A stretch of 64,000 nucleotides of DNA from Candidatus Villigracilis adiacens (GTDB lineage Bacteria; Chloroflexota; Anaerolineae; Anaerolineales; Villigracilaceae), in the NCBI GenBank assembly GCA_016703605.1, contig JADJBU010000008.1, positions 91,819 to 155,818 on the forward strand, read 5' to 3'. Within the stretch, counting starts at the first letter, position 1. Every line of letters starts with the position of its first letter. Of the stretch, positions 25,639 to 34,334 are shown piece by piece. A program made the translations under genes and the position numbers. The notes under the pieces were generated by a model that was not told the origin of the DNA, made no database searches, and saw only the letters and a program-made list of their open reading frames with translations.

Positions 25639-26631
25639 TTAATTTCCCTGCCTGATGGAATATTTTTTGTCGAAGACTTTTTGCTTTTCGATCTGGTTGA
25701 CGGAGTTCTCGATCAGCTTCCCGATATATCTTGCAAAAACAAGGGCGGTTTCTTTTTCATGGTTGGTAAATGGGGAATAGGTGGCGCGGGAAAGCGAGAG
25801 CAGCCCGACGGGTCCGTTCGGGCTGATGACCGGGGCGCCAAGCCAGCACCGGGTTCTGGGTGGAAACTCTCCGCTCGACCAGCCCGGCACGCGGTTGACA
25901 TCCTCGACCACGATGGGCTGGTTTAGGGAGACCACCGAGGCGAAGATGCTGTTGCGTTCCAGCAGCCTTTGCTGGTATCGAATATTCGGATGCGCAAAGA
26001 ATCCCCCGTCTTCTTCGAGATTCAGATAGACATGGGTGTGATGGGTGGGGACCACGCTTTCCATGCCTTCCAGGATCAATTCGAGGGTGGTGGAGAATTT
26101 TCCCTGGTCGCTGCCCAGCATCATTTCGATATTGTTGAGCGAGGTGATGATTCCGCTCAGGTTTTGTGATAACTGTGACTGGCTGAGGAGAAGGACGTAC
26201 ATATCGAGCAGGCGGAGTTCTCCGTTTTCAAGTTCGACGATGATCGGATCGTAAATGCGGGTCTGGACGCGGCTTAAGGCGAGTTTTACCGCAATGTTAA
26301 TGGAAAGGTGACTCTTCAATACCAGGGCATCCGAGCCGAGGTCCTGTTCGAGTTTGAGGATGGGTCTTCTGAGAAATAACTCGACGCCGTAGCGCCTTCC
26401 AAGGCGTTCGAACATTTTTTGGCGCGGGATGATGCTTTTCACCCGCCCGTCATGCAGGATGATCGCCCCCGGCACGAGCGGATTCGAATCGAGATAAGCT
26501 GCCACCTCTTCGGTCAGGGTCTCGTCGGTGATGATATAGTCCGACATGGGCAGGTCGCCGATACAGACCGGCACAATGATCTTCCCGGTCGGGAATATAT
26601 TGAAATAGTGTGGGATCTCCGAAGGTTTCAT
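25639..26631 (-). CDS. CBS-like + GAF domain protein with no output domain
   Basis: EEVAAYLDSNPLVPGAII..IIPRQKMFERL..YGVELFLRRPI N-domain; GAF signature PIVVEDV..RCWLGAPVI..VGLLSL..FTNHE. Confidence 0.65.
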   Translation of the reverse strand: MKPSEIPHYFNIFPTGKIIVPVCIGDLPMSDYIITDETLTEEVAAYLDSNPLVPGAIILHDGRVKSIIPRQKMFERLGRRYGVELFLRRPILKLEQDLGSDALVLKSHLSINIAVKLALSRVQTRIYDPIIVELENGELRLLDMYVLLLSQSQLSQNLSGIITSLNNIEMMLGSDQGKFSTTLELILEGMESVVPTHHTHVYLNLEEDGGFFAHPNIRYQQRLLERNSIFASVVSLNQPIVVEDVNRVPGWSSGEFPPRTRCWLGAPVISPNGPVGLLSLSRATYSPFTNHEKETALVFARYIGKLIENSVNQIEKQKVFDKKYSIRQGN

Positions 26632-26750
26632 GGATACCTTCGGGATTATAAGTTTGGGTATTTAAGCTTTTTTGAAGCAGGGATTAACGACGCGTAAAGG
26701 GGTGGGATTGAAAGGTTCCTGTAATGACGGGGCTGACCCCTTCGCCTGGG

Positions 26751-27578
26751 TCAGTCTTTGCGATGCCCCGGGCTGCGCAGGTGGTTTTCGTAATCTTGAA
26801 AGTCCACCCGGGCGGTCATGTCGAGGCTGATCGGCGTGACGGCGACGATCTTCTCCCTGCGCAGGTAGTAGACGTCGGTGCCTTCCTGTTCATGCGGAAG
26901 GTTGTTGTCGTGTTCATAGCCGACGGGGCCCGGCTCGTTCCATGAAGCGCGTTTGGCGGGTGTGGGTTTGTAATATCGGAGGTGGGAAAGCCGCGAGAGG
27001 CGCCACTCCGTTTCGGGCGTGGCATGACGCGGCACTTCCACTTTCAACAGATCCACACCCTCGAAGGTTTTCTTCGCCAGCAGGATGCGGGCAAAGTAGG
27101 CGGTGAAATGCGCCGCAGCTTTAAAGTCCACGTCTTCGGAATGGGAGAGATGCAGGCGCGGATCGGTTTCGAGCGAGACAGCCAGGGCGCGGTACCCAAG
27201 CCCGGCGGCTTCCATTGCGGCTCCGACCGTGCCGGAGATGGTGATTCCCAACCCGACATTTTCTCCGTAGTTGATTCCTGATACGACAAGATCAGGTTGA
27301 TGCGGGGCGATTTCAAGGATGCCATGCAAGACAGCCTGTGCCGGGGAGCCGCCCACCGCGTACACATCCCAGGATTGTCCGTTGATTTGTACCTGTTCCT
27401 TTTTGATGATCCCATCCGATGTGCTGGGCAGGCTGCGTCCCATTCCGCTGGATTGTTCGCGCGGCGCGGCGACGGTGACGTAGCCGATCTTCGAGAGTTC
27501 GCCGGCTGCCGCCCACAAGCCGGGCGAGCGGATGCCGTCGTCATTGGTGAGCAGGATATGGGGTTTGCGTTTTGTCAT
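26751..27578 (-). CDS. surE: 5'/3'-nucleotidase SurE
   Basis: ILLTNDDGIRSPGL, VSGINYGEN, ISGTVGAAME, VTPISLDMT. Confidence 0.95.
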   Translation of the reverse strand: MTKRKPHILLTNDDGIRSPGLWAAAGELSKIGYVTVAAPREQSSGMGRSLPSTSDGIIKKEQVQINGQSWDVYAVGGSPAQAVLHGILEIAPHQPDLVVSGINYGENVGLGITISGTVGAAMEAAGLGYRALAVSLETDPRLHLSHSEDVDFKAAAHFTAYFARILLAKKTFEGVDLLKVEVPRHATPETEWRLSRLSHLRYYKPTPAKRASWNEPGPVGYEHDNNLPHEQEGTDVYYLRREKIVAVTPISLDMTARVDFQDYENHLRSPGHRKD

Positions 27579-27638
27579 GGCGGGGGATTATAACCAGGCT
27601 GTAAATAATAAACCGTCTCTGGTGTGAGACGGCTGGTG

Positions 27639-27712
27639 CGCCCTCGGACGGACTCGAACCGCCGACCTATTGCTCCGCAAGCAAGCGCTCTAATCCACTG
27701 AGCTACGAGGGC
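27639..27712 (-). tRNA. tRNA-Arg (anticodon GCG)
   Basis: Cloverleaf GCCCTCG/CGAGGGC, D-loop AGTGGATTA containing A20, anticodon loop TT-GCG-GA, T-loop TTCGAGT, discriminator G; CCA is not immediately encoded. Confidence 0.9.
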
Positions 27713-27804
27713 ATTGATTAAGCGGGCTGATTGTACTTTAATGCCCCGGGACGGTCAAGGTGCTTGACGCTCTGCCTTCCAGCATGTAAAATCGGTATCG
27801 CCTT

Positions 27805-27877
27805 GCGGGAGTCGCCAAGTGGTAAGGCATCAGCCTTCCAAGCTGACATTACGTGGGTTCGAATCCCATCTCCCGCT
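27805..27877 (+). tRNA. tRNA-Gly (anticodon TCC)
   Basis: GCGGGAG/CTCCCGC acceptor, TCAGC-CT TCC AA-GCTGA, T-loop TTCGAAT, discriminator U; 6-nt variable loop. Confidence 0.92.
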
Positions 27878-27885
27878 CTGATGTT

Positions 27886-27931
27886 CGGTGTCAAGTGTCA
27901 GGTGTCACACGACACTCCGCGCTTGACACCG
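27886..27931. repeat. Heptamer (RGTGTCA x3) hairpin between tRNA genes
   Basis: GGTGTCA AGTGTCA GGTGTCA; CGGTGTCAA (27886-94) pairs with TTGACACCG (27923-31). Confidence 0.65.
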
Positions 27932-27946
27932 GATACTTTAAGCCAC

Positions 27947-28019
27947 GGGCTCGTGGCGCAGCGGTTAGCGCAGGCGACTCATAATCGCTTGGTCGTAGGT
28001 TCGAATCCTACCGGGCCCA
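27947..28019 (+). tRNA. tRNA-Ile2 (anticodon CAT, lysidine type)
   Basis: GGGCTCG/CGGGCCC acceptor; anticodon arm AGGCGACTCATAATCGCTTGGTC matches the E. coli ileX type; no initiator GGG/CCC stem. Confidence 0.8.
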
Positions 28020-28096
28020 CCTAAAGGGGAGGAAGCAGACTCCCAATGCGTATAAAAGGCTGCTGGAAAAGATCGCCGGGAACAAAAGCGATGGAG

Positions 28097-28129
28097 AAGC
28101 GACTGTCATTTTCAAGGTGACAGTCGCTT
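28097..28129. repeat. 33-nt GACTGTC/GACAGTC hairpin
   Basis: AAGCGACTGTCA-TTTTCAAGG-TGACAGTCGCTT; also a likely terminator. Confidence 0.7.
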
Positions 28130-28137
28130 TTGTTTAA

Positions 28138-29061
28138 CTACGGCGCAGACAGGCGGAACTCGCCCACGCAGGTGAAGCCATAGGGCGCCTGGAGCGGTTC
28201 GTAACGATATTCATCGAGATACAGGACCGCGTCGAGGTTGGGACCGGTGACGTGATACACGTCCAGGATCGTGTCTCCGCTGGAGACGGAGCCTTCGCGT
28301 TCATAAGCCAGGATTTCGCCATTGGGACCGAGCAGGTTATCGAGGTAGGCGCGTTCGCGGGCTGGACCTTCGAAAAAATCGCCGCCGACCTGGATCGGGT
28401 TCGCCTCGGTGTATCCGTAGGTTTTATCTTCGCTGATGGGGCATCCGCCGCGGTTTTGAACTTCGACGAATTCGAGCGAGTCGAGCATCGCTTCGAAATA
28501 GACCGAACCGGAGGTCTGCCACACGTCTGCGCCGCTTTCGAGGTTCGACACCCCGATCGCAAAGAAGACCGAGTCGCCCGCCGGTTCGACCGCAACCGCC
28601 CGGCCTTCAACGGGGCGGTCGGACAATATTCCTTCCAATTCCACAGAAACGCCGCGCATCCCTCCCAGGGTGATCGGAACCGCCTCGCTTCGCGTGAACT
28701 TTGCTCCGCGCTCCCCAATCGCTTTGATGTAATTGTCAATGACATCCTCCAGCGAATTGGTCCTGCCGTCGTAGGGTGTCCGCATGAATGAGGCGAGGAA
28801 GGTGCCCTCCTGGTCATAGATGCCCAGAATTTTATTGGTCACCTCGAAGCCCAGCGCGTTGGGAACAAGCAGCGAGAACCCGTCTGCCTCCACTTTGACC
28901 GCTTTCGGCGCAGGCGAGGCTGTGGCTGTGGGTGCAGGCGTCGGCGTAGGAAGAGGCGTGGAGGTAAAGGTTGGGGCGGGGGAGGGCGTCGGTTCGGGGG
29001 CGGGGGTTCCACATCCCACCAGCAGGGCGGATATCAAAATAAACTTCAAAGTACGGAGCAT
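28138..29061 (-). CDS. Lipoprotein with PT linker and two extracellular domains, function unknown
   Basis: Lipobox LLVG-C, Pro/Thr linker, PsbP-like middle domain, C-domain YGYTEANPIQVGG..LLGPNGE. Confidence 0.7.
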   Translation of the reverse strand: MLRTLKFILISALLVGCGTPAPEPTPSPAPTFTSTPLPTPTPAPTATASPAPKAVKVEADGFSLLVPNALGFEVTNKILGIYDQEGTFLASFMRTPYDGRTNSLEDVIDNYIKAIGERGAKFTRSEAVPITLGGMRGVSVELEGILSDRPVEGRAVAVEPAGDSVFFAIGVSNLESGADVWQTSGSVYFEAMLDSLEFVEVQNRGGCPISEDKTYGYTEANPIQVGGDFFEGPARERAYLDNLLGPNGEILAYEREGSVSSGDTILDVYHVTGPNLDAVLYLDEYRYEPLQAPYGFTCVGEFRLSAP

Positions 29062-29240
29062 GTTTCCTCCTTTTGGGAAAGGCTGATTGCATTATAACGG
29101 CGGGATGCAACCGGCTTCCCTGGATTTGTATAAACAACTTGATAATTTTGGAAAACTGTGCTATTAACAAGCGACTAAATTTACCCTGCCTCGCCAAAAT
29201 TTGGGATACGGCAATAGGAGGCTGGTTGGAAGGCAAACAC

Positions 29241-30071
29241 ATGCACCGCGAACGAGTATCTGAAAATGTTTTTTGGTTTCAAAGCGAAGTCTATGCCCAG
29301 GTGACGGCGGGAGTCATTGTCGGACCGCAATGGGCGGTGGTCATCGATACGCTGGCGCTTCCCGAAGAGGCGTTGACCATGCGCGAATTCATCGAGCACG
29401 AGCTGGGCGTACAGGTCCGCTATGTGATCAACACGCACTACCATGCCGACCACTGCTGGGGGAATTGCTTCTTCCCCGGCGCCATTGTGGTGGGTCATGC
29501 CAGGTGCCGCCAATACCTGGTGGAGGAGGGCGTTGCCTCGCTGGAGAGCGCCCAGAAGCAGAATCCCAGCCTGCGCCAGGTGAAGATCGTGCCGCCGCAT
29601 CTCACCTTCGAAACCGGCGAGATGACCCTGCGGGTCGGCAAAAAGAATCTCATCCTTTCCACGACCCCGGGGCATAGCAGTGACGGCATCTCGGTGCTGG
29701 TCGAGGAAGACCGCGTATTGTTTGCCGGCGACGCGTTCATGCCCCTGCCCTTCATCGTGGACGGGGACGCGGACGACATGCTCGCCTCGATTAAAAAGAT
29801 CGGCAAGATGGGTCTGGAAAACATCATCCAGGGTCACGGCGATATCATCCTGCGCGGCGAGATCGACGCCGCCGTGCGCGACAACGTCAACTACCTGAAC
29901 AATATCAAGAAGGCGGTCAAGGCTGGCGGCAGGCGAAAGAATGCCGCGGAATATCTCGAGGAGATCGCCATCGAAGACTGCGGCAAAAGCCGGGTCCATC
30001 TTGGCGGGCTTGCGGAGACCCTGCACCGGCGCAACCTGCGCGCCCTGCACCGCCAGATGTTCGGCGAATAG
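29241..30071 (+). CDS. MBL-fold metallo-hydrolase
   Basis: VVIDT, INTHYHADHCWGN (HxHxDH), PGHS, LFAGD, IQGHG; AGGAGG RBS. Confidence 0.9.
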   Translation: MHRERVSENVFWFQSEVYAQVTAGVIVGPQWAVVIDTLALPEEALTMREFIEHELGVQVRYVINTHYHADHCWGNCFFPGAIVVGHARCRQYLVEEGVASLESAQKQNPSLRQVKIVPPHLTFETGEMTLRVGKKNLILSTTPGHSSDGISVLVEEDRVLFAGDAFMPLPFIVDGDADDMLASIKKIGKMGLENIIQGHGDIILRGEIDAAVRDNVNYLNNIKKAVKAGGRRKNAAEYLEEIAIEDCGKSRVHLGGLAETLHRRNLRALHRQMFGE

Positions 30072-30144
30072 CACAAGGATGTTGCAGATGCCCGCCCGGT
30101 CTGCAACATCCTGCATTTAAATGTGATTGAGTGGAAAAGCAGAC

Positions 30145-30597
30145 ATGAAATATATCCTTGAACGAAGCCGTTACCTGACCCTCGTCGGAATCCCCGCCCT
30201 GTTGACCGCCTCCCTCACCGCCTTTGCCTGGGGCGCCATCAAGACGGTGACCACCACGCTGCTGGTGATCCGTTCCCTCGGCGCGGACAGTTCCATCACC
30301 GTCGAATTGATCGAGATCATCGACATCTTCCTGATTGCCACCACCATCCTGATCTTCGCGGCGAGCCTGTACGAACTCTTCATCGACAAACTCGACCTGC
30401 CCGAGTGGATGCTGGCGCATAACCTGTACGAACTCAAGAATAAATTGAGCAGTATGATCGTGCTGGTGATGGCGGTCAAGTTCCTTCAAAAGTTGATCGA
30501 TATCAAAGATGGGACCGAACTCCTCCAGCGCGGGGTCGCGGTTGCGGTCGTCTCGGCGGCGCTGATCGCATTTGGGTATTTCGGAAAGAAGGACTGA
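30145..30597 (+). CDS. YqhA/UPF0114 family membrane protein
   Basis: IIDIFLIAT..SLYELFI..LYELKNKLSSMIVLV; 4 TM helices. Confidence 0.85.
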   Translation: MKYILERSRYLTLVGIPALLTASLTAFAWGAIKTVTTTLLVIRSLGADSSITVELIEIIDIFLIATTILIFAASLYELFIDKLDLPEWMLAHNLYELKNKLSSMIVLVMAVKFLQKLIDIKDGTELLQRGVAVAVVSAALIAFGYFGKKD

Positions 30598-30604
30598 CGC
30601 GCTC

Positions 30605-31183
30605 ATGGCAAACCCGAACCGCCTGATGACCGGTTTGCCGCCCTTTCAGCAGGGAGGCTTGGATTCCCTCTGCGGCTTGTACAGCATCATCAACGCCGAG
30701 CGCATCGTCAACCGTTCCTCCGACGATGAAACCCAGCAGCTATTCAACGACCTGATCCATTATCTCTCGCGCCGCGGGCTGTTGAGCAAATTCCTGATCG
30801 ATGGCATCATCCACAGGGAGATGCTCGTGATCCTGAACAAGGTGGTTACAAAAAAACGCATCGCCTACGTTGAAATTCCCTTTCGCGGCGTGCCCAACCC
30901 CGACCTGACCACCTTCTGGAAGGCGATGCAAGCCTTTCTCGACGGCGCCCCCGGGCGTTCGATCATCCTCGGTTTGCAGGGCTATCACGACCACTGGACC
31001 GTCATCGAAAAGATCACCAACCGCTCCATCCTCCTCTACGACTCGGCGCTCATCAAGCGGCTGCCGCGCCTCTCCTGCACCACCGTCTACGCCACATACA
31101 AACGCAAACACGTCCTGCTCCCCGCGCAGACGTACTTCCTCTCGAACGATCTACAGGGCGTCGGCAGGAGCCAGAATCTTTAG
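30605..31183 (+). CDS. Stand-alone papain-fold (C39-like) putative cysteine peptidase
   Basis: QQGGLDSLCGLYS (Q..C), HWTVI (H), LLYDS (D) in papain order. Confidence 0.55.
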   Translation: MANPNRLMTGLPPFQQGGLDSLCGLYSIINAERIVNRSSDDETQQLFNDLIHYLSRRGLLSKFLIDGIIHREMLVILNKVVTKKRIAYVEIPFRGVPNPDLTTFWKAMQAFLDGAPGRSIILGLQGYHDHWTVIEKITNRSILLYDSALIKRLPRLSCTTVYATYKRKHVLLPAQTYFLSNDLQGVGRSQNL

Positions 31184-31203
31184 CCCATCCCTTTCGATCC
31201 CCG

Positions 31204-31803
31204 CTAATTTTCCAGCGTAATGTATTTTTTCTTGGTCTTCTTTTTGGGGTTGATCCCGCTCATATTTTGAAACGCAGCCATGATCTTCGGCATATCCGCT
31301 TCGGCATCCTCCGTGGGCTGGAATACCTCGCCCACACGGGCAGTCTTTTTTACCCCGTCGATCTTCGCCATCACAATTGGGATATTCGCCTTCTGCGCGA
31401 TGTGATGAAACCCCCGCTTCCATTCGTTGACGTGATAGCGCGTCCCCTCCGGCGCGATGACCAGGATGAACTTCTTCGACTGGCTGCATATCTCCACCAT
31501 CTGCTCCACCAGCCCCGTGGACTTTTTCCGATCCACCGGCACGCCGCCGCACCAGTAGAAGAACCAGCCAAAGGGGTTGTTGAACAACTCCGCCTTGCCC
31601 ATGTAACGCACGCTGATTTTCAGGTGAAAGACAATCCCCAAAAAAAGCAGAAAATCCCAATTCGAGGTGTGCGGCGCGCCGATAATGATGTATTTCGGCA
31701 GGTCTGGCATTTTACCGTCCACGCGCCAGCCTGCCAGGCGCATGATAAGTCCGCTCAACAGGCGGAGGATGGGGCTGATGATGGGGGTGTCGAAAATGGT
31801 CAC
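31204..31803 (-). CDS. Lysophospholipid acyltransferase (PlsC family)
   Basis: APHTSNWD (Hx4D), GKAELF, PVDR, APEGTR. Confidence 0.9.
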   Translation of the reverse strand: MTIFDTPIISPILRLLSGLIMRLAGWRVDGKMPDLPKYIIIGAPHTSNWDFLLFLGIVFHLKISVRYMGKAELFNNPFGWFFYWCGGVPVDRKKSTGLVEQMVEICSQSKKFILVIAPEGTRYHVNEWKRGFHHIAQKANIPIVMAKIDGVKKTARVGEVFQPTEDAEADMPKIMAAFQNMSGINPKKKTKKKYITLEN

Positions 31804-31877
31804 GGGAAACTCTCCGCAAGGTAAAACCCTGAACTCACGCGGAAGTCTCGCCGGGGAATCTGTGGTTAAATACCCGC

Positions 31878-32723
31878 ATGTTCAAAGCATCCCTGCGTTC
31901 CGCGGTATATCAGGCTGAAAAAAAATTGCAGCGCCTGCGCTTCCCGTCCGCACCCGCAAATCTGCCCATTCTGCTCGGAATTTCCTTCCCGAAAAGCGGA
32001 ACTCACCTGCTCGACCAGATCCTGCTCGGCTTTGCAAACGTCGCGCCGTATGCCAAACGCCTGCATTCGTTTTACGCCGAATACGAAGGCGAGAGCGGAA
32101 AGAAACGCGAACCGCAACAGGCGCTCGACTGGCTCGACTCGCTTCGCCCGCGCGACATCGCCTCCGCCCATCTCTTCGCCCGACCCGAAGCCGTCGCCCG
32201 CGTCTGTAGCCCAAAATTCGCGCCCTACTTCATCTTCCGCGACCCGCGCGACGTGGTCGTCTCGCACGTCTTCTACGTCACCGACATGGAAGCCCGCCAC
32301 GTCCATCACGACTACTACCAATCCCTGCCCGACTTCAACGCGCGTCTCAAAATCAGCATCCTCGGCAGACCCGACGCGCGAGTGGAATTCCCAAACATCG
32401 CCGCCCGCTTCGAACCTTATCTCGGCTGGCTCGATCATAAGGAAGTATTGACGCTTCACTTCGAGGACCTGATCCACCGCCGCGAGTCGACTCTCCTCTC
32501 GATCATGGATCACCTCCTCAGCCGCGTCCCGCTTCCCACCAGCCGACAGTTGATCCTCGCTTCGCTTGAAGCCTCCATCAACCCGACAAAATCCCCGACC
32601 TTCCGCTCTGGCAAGACCGGCGAATGGAGGAAACATTTCACCGACGAACACAGGGAGATATTCAAAGATGTGGCGGGTGATCTGTTGGTGAAGTTGGGGT
32701 ATGAGAAAGGTGGGGAATGGTGA
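31878..32723 (+). CDS. Sulfotransferase (PAPS-dependent)
   Basis: ISFPKSGTHLL (5'-PSB), FRDPRDVVVS (3'-PB), FRSGKTGEWRKHFT; stop codon supplied by the heptamer array. Confidence 0.88.
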   Translation: MFKASLRSAVYQAEKKLQRLRFPSAPANLPILLGISFPKSGTHLLDQILLGFANVAPYAKRLHSFYAEYEGESGKKREPQQALDWLDSLRPRDIASAHLFARPEAVARVCSPKFAPYFIFRDPRDVVVSHVFYVTDMEARHVHHDYYQSLPDFNARLKISILGRPDARVEFPNIAARFEPYLGWLDHKEVLTLHFEDLIHRRESTLLSIMDHLLSRVPLPTSRQLILASLEASINPTKSPTFRSGKTGEWRKHFTDEHREIFKDVAGDLLVKLGYEKGGEW

Positions 32724-32770
32724 ATAGGAAATAGGAAACCCATTCCCCATTCACCATTCCCCATTCCCCC
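32712..32770. repeat. ORF-less inverted heptamer hairpin (AATGGTG/CACCATT type)
   Basis: GGGGAATGGTGAAT (32712-25) is the perfect reverse complement of ATTCACCATTCCCC (32749-62). Confidence 0.85.
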
Positions 32771-33718
32771 ATGCCCTGCTCCCTCATCATCCGCGCCTAT
32801 AACGAAGCCCAGCACATCGGACGTTTGCTCGAAGGAATCAAACAGCAGACCGTCCGCGATGTGGAGGTTATTTTGGTTGATTCCGGCTCGACCGACGCGA
32901 CGGTTTCCATCGCCGAATATTTTGGCGCGAGAGTCGTCCACATCCCCCCGGCGGAGTTTACCTTTGGGAGGTCGCTCAACCTGGGGATTAAGTCCGCGAG
33001 CCGCGAATTGATCGTCATCGCCAGCGCGCATGTCTACCCCGTCTACCCCGATTGGCTGGAGACTCTGCTGCGTCCATTTCAAGATGATAGCGTGGCATTG
33101 ACCTACGGCAAACAGCGCGGACACGCAGTCTCGAAATATTCCGAGCATCAGATATTTCATCAATGGTATCCAGATGCAGGTAGTCTCGATCAAGCCACAG
33201 CATTTTGCAATAACGCCAATTCTGCCATTCGAAAAAGTTTGTGGAAGCAACATTCCTACGACGAAACGCTCACTGGCTTGGAAGATTTGGAATGGAGCAA
33301 GTGGGCGAAGGGGCAGGGACACAAGATCGCCTACGCCGCCGAAGCCGAGATCGTCCACATCCACAACGAGACGCCGCGCGGAGTCTATAACCGTTACCGC
33401 CGCGAAGCCATGGCATTGCGGAATATTTATCCTGAAACAAATTTCAATTTTTATGACTTTTTGCGCCTGACCTTTACGAACATCGTCAGCGACCTTTGGC
33501 ATTCCTCGCGCGAAGGGGTTTTCTTGAAAAGTTTTATCTCCATCTTCTGGTTTCGATTCGCCCAATTCCACGGCACCCGCATGGGACACCGCGAGACCAG
33601 CCTTGTAACGCCGCAATTGCGCGAGACGTTCTATTATGCGCGGGAACGAAAGAGGAAAGAGGAGAGAAAGAGGGATGTGGAGCCGATTCGGTATAATGAT
33701 AGGAATGGTGAATGGTGA
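32771..33718 (+). CDS. Glycosyltransferase family 2 (rhamnosyltransferase-like)
   Basis: SLIIRAYNE, VILVDSGSTD, FCNNANSAIR, EDLEW; stop codon lies within the heptamer array. Confidence 0.9.
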   Translation: MPCSLIIRAYNEAQHIGRLLEGIKQQTVRDVEVILVDSGSTDATVSIAEYFGARVVHIPPAEFTFGRSLNLGIKSASRELIVIASAHVYPVYPDWLETLLRPFQDDSVALTYGKQRGHAVSKYSEHQIFHQWYPDAGSLDQATAFCNNANSAIRKSLWKQHSYDETLTGLEDLEWSKWAKGQGHKIAYAAEAEIVHIHNETPRGVYNRYRREAMALRNIYPETNFNFYDFLRLTFTNIVSDLWHSSREGVFLKSFISIFWFRFAQFHGTRMGHRETSLVTPQLRETFYYARERKRKEERKRDVEPIRYNDRNGEW

Positions 33719-33787
33719 ATGGTGAATGGTGAATGGTGAATGGTGAATGGTGAATAGGTAATAGTGAATAGTGAATAGGTAATGGTG
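33704..33787 (+). repeat. Heptamer array x12 upstream of the four-helix-bundle gene
   Basis: (AATGGTG)7 AATAGGT AATAGTG AATAGTG AATAGGT AATGGTG. Confidence 0.95.
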
Positions 33788-33801
33788 AACAGGAGTTTGA
33801 T

Positions 33802-34251
33802 GTGAGCAGCGATAATATTCAAGGGTTGGAGACATTGGAGACTTGGAAAAAAGCAAGGGCATTTTCGCTTGTTGTTTACAAGGAAGTTCTGCCGCAATTG
33901 CCTGCTGATGAGAAATGGCATTTGAATCAGCAAATTCGACGTTCCGCTCAAAGCGTCCCAGCCAATCTTGCCGAGGGACATGGACGATTTTATTATCAAG
34001 ACAACGTCCGTTTTTGCTATATCGCTCGCGGCTCGCTGACAGAGACCTACACTCACCTTCTTCTTGCTCGTGACCTGGGATATATTTCAAGCGGACTCTT
34101 TGATCGTCTGAAAAGTCAAATCGAAGAACTCATTCGAATTATCAATGGGTACATCGCCTATTTGAAACGTTCTAAACGCGGCGAAAAAGAACCCGGAGCC
34201 AATTACGCTGTTCGCGATGAATCATCAGAGTATTTGACTGAAGATATCTAA
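33802..34251 (+). CDS. Four-helix-bundle protein (23S rRNA IVS protein / Avd-like family)
   Basis: LETWKKA, LPADEKWHLNQQIRRSAQSVPANLAEGHGR, YIARGSLTET, ARDLGYI; AGGAG RBS then GTG. Confidence 0.93.
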   Translation: MSSDNIQGLETLETWKKARAFSLVVYKEVLPQLPADEKWHLNQQIRRSAQSVPANLAEGHGRFYYQDNVRFCYIARGSLTETYTHLLLARDLGYISSGLFDRLKSQIEELIRIINGYIAYLKRSKRGEKEPGANYAVRDESSEYLTEDI

Positions 34252-34256
34252 TCTCC

Positions 34257-34326
34257 CCCTATTTCCCTATTCCCTATCCCCTATCCCCCATTCCCTATTC
34301 CCTATCCCCCATTCCCCATTCACTAT
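34257..34326 (+). repeat. Inverted heptamer array (about 10 units) downstream of the four-helix-bundle gene
   Basis: TCCCTAT/CCCCTAT/CCCCCAT/TCCCCAT/TCACTAT units, complementary (about 6/7 with G-U) to the upstream ATGGTGA/ATAGTGA units. Confidence 0.92.
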
Positions 34327-34334
34327 TTCTCCCC

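Noticed and set aside
27947-28019. tRNA-Met (CAT)
   Set aside because: It lacks initiator features, and the anticodon arm matches the Ile2 (ileX) type; the elongator-Met alternative cannot be fully excluded without a covariance model.
28020-28135. Prophage or island integrated at the tRNA cluster
   Set aside because: There is no integrase, no duplicated tRNA 3' end and no phage genes; only a short unassignable stretch and a hairpin follow.
32510-34090. 526-aa minus-strand ORF with HYSLFTIH repeats (likewise 55562-56548 and the long N-terminal extensions of aroC, aroA and tyrA in the ORF track)
   Set aside because: These are shadow frames kept open by stop-poor heptamer arrays, antisense to or upstream of well-supported genes.
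33802-34251. Diversity-generating retroelement (Avd gene)
   Set aside because: There is no reverse transcriptase and no template/variable repeat pair differing at adenines in the window.
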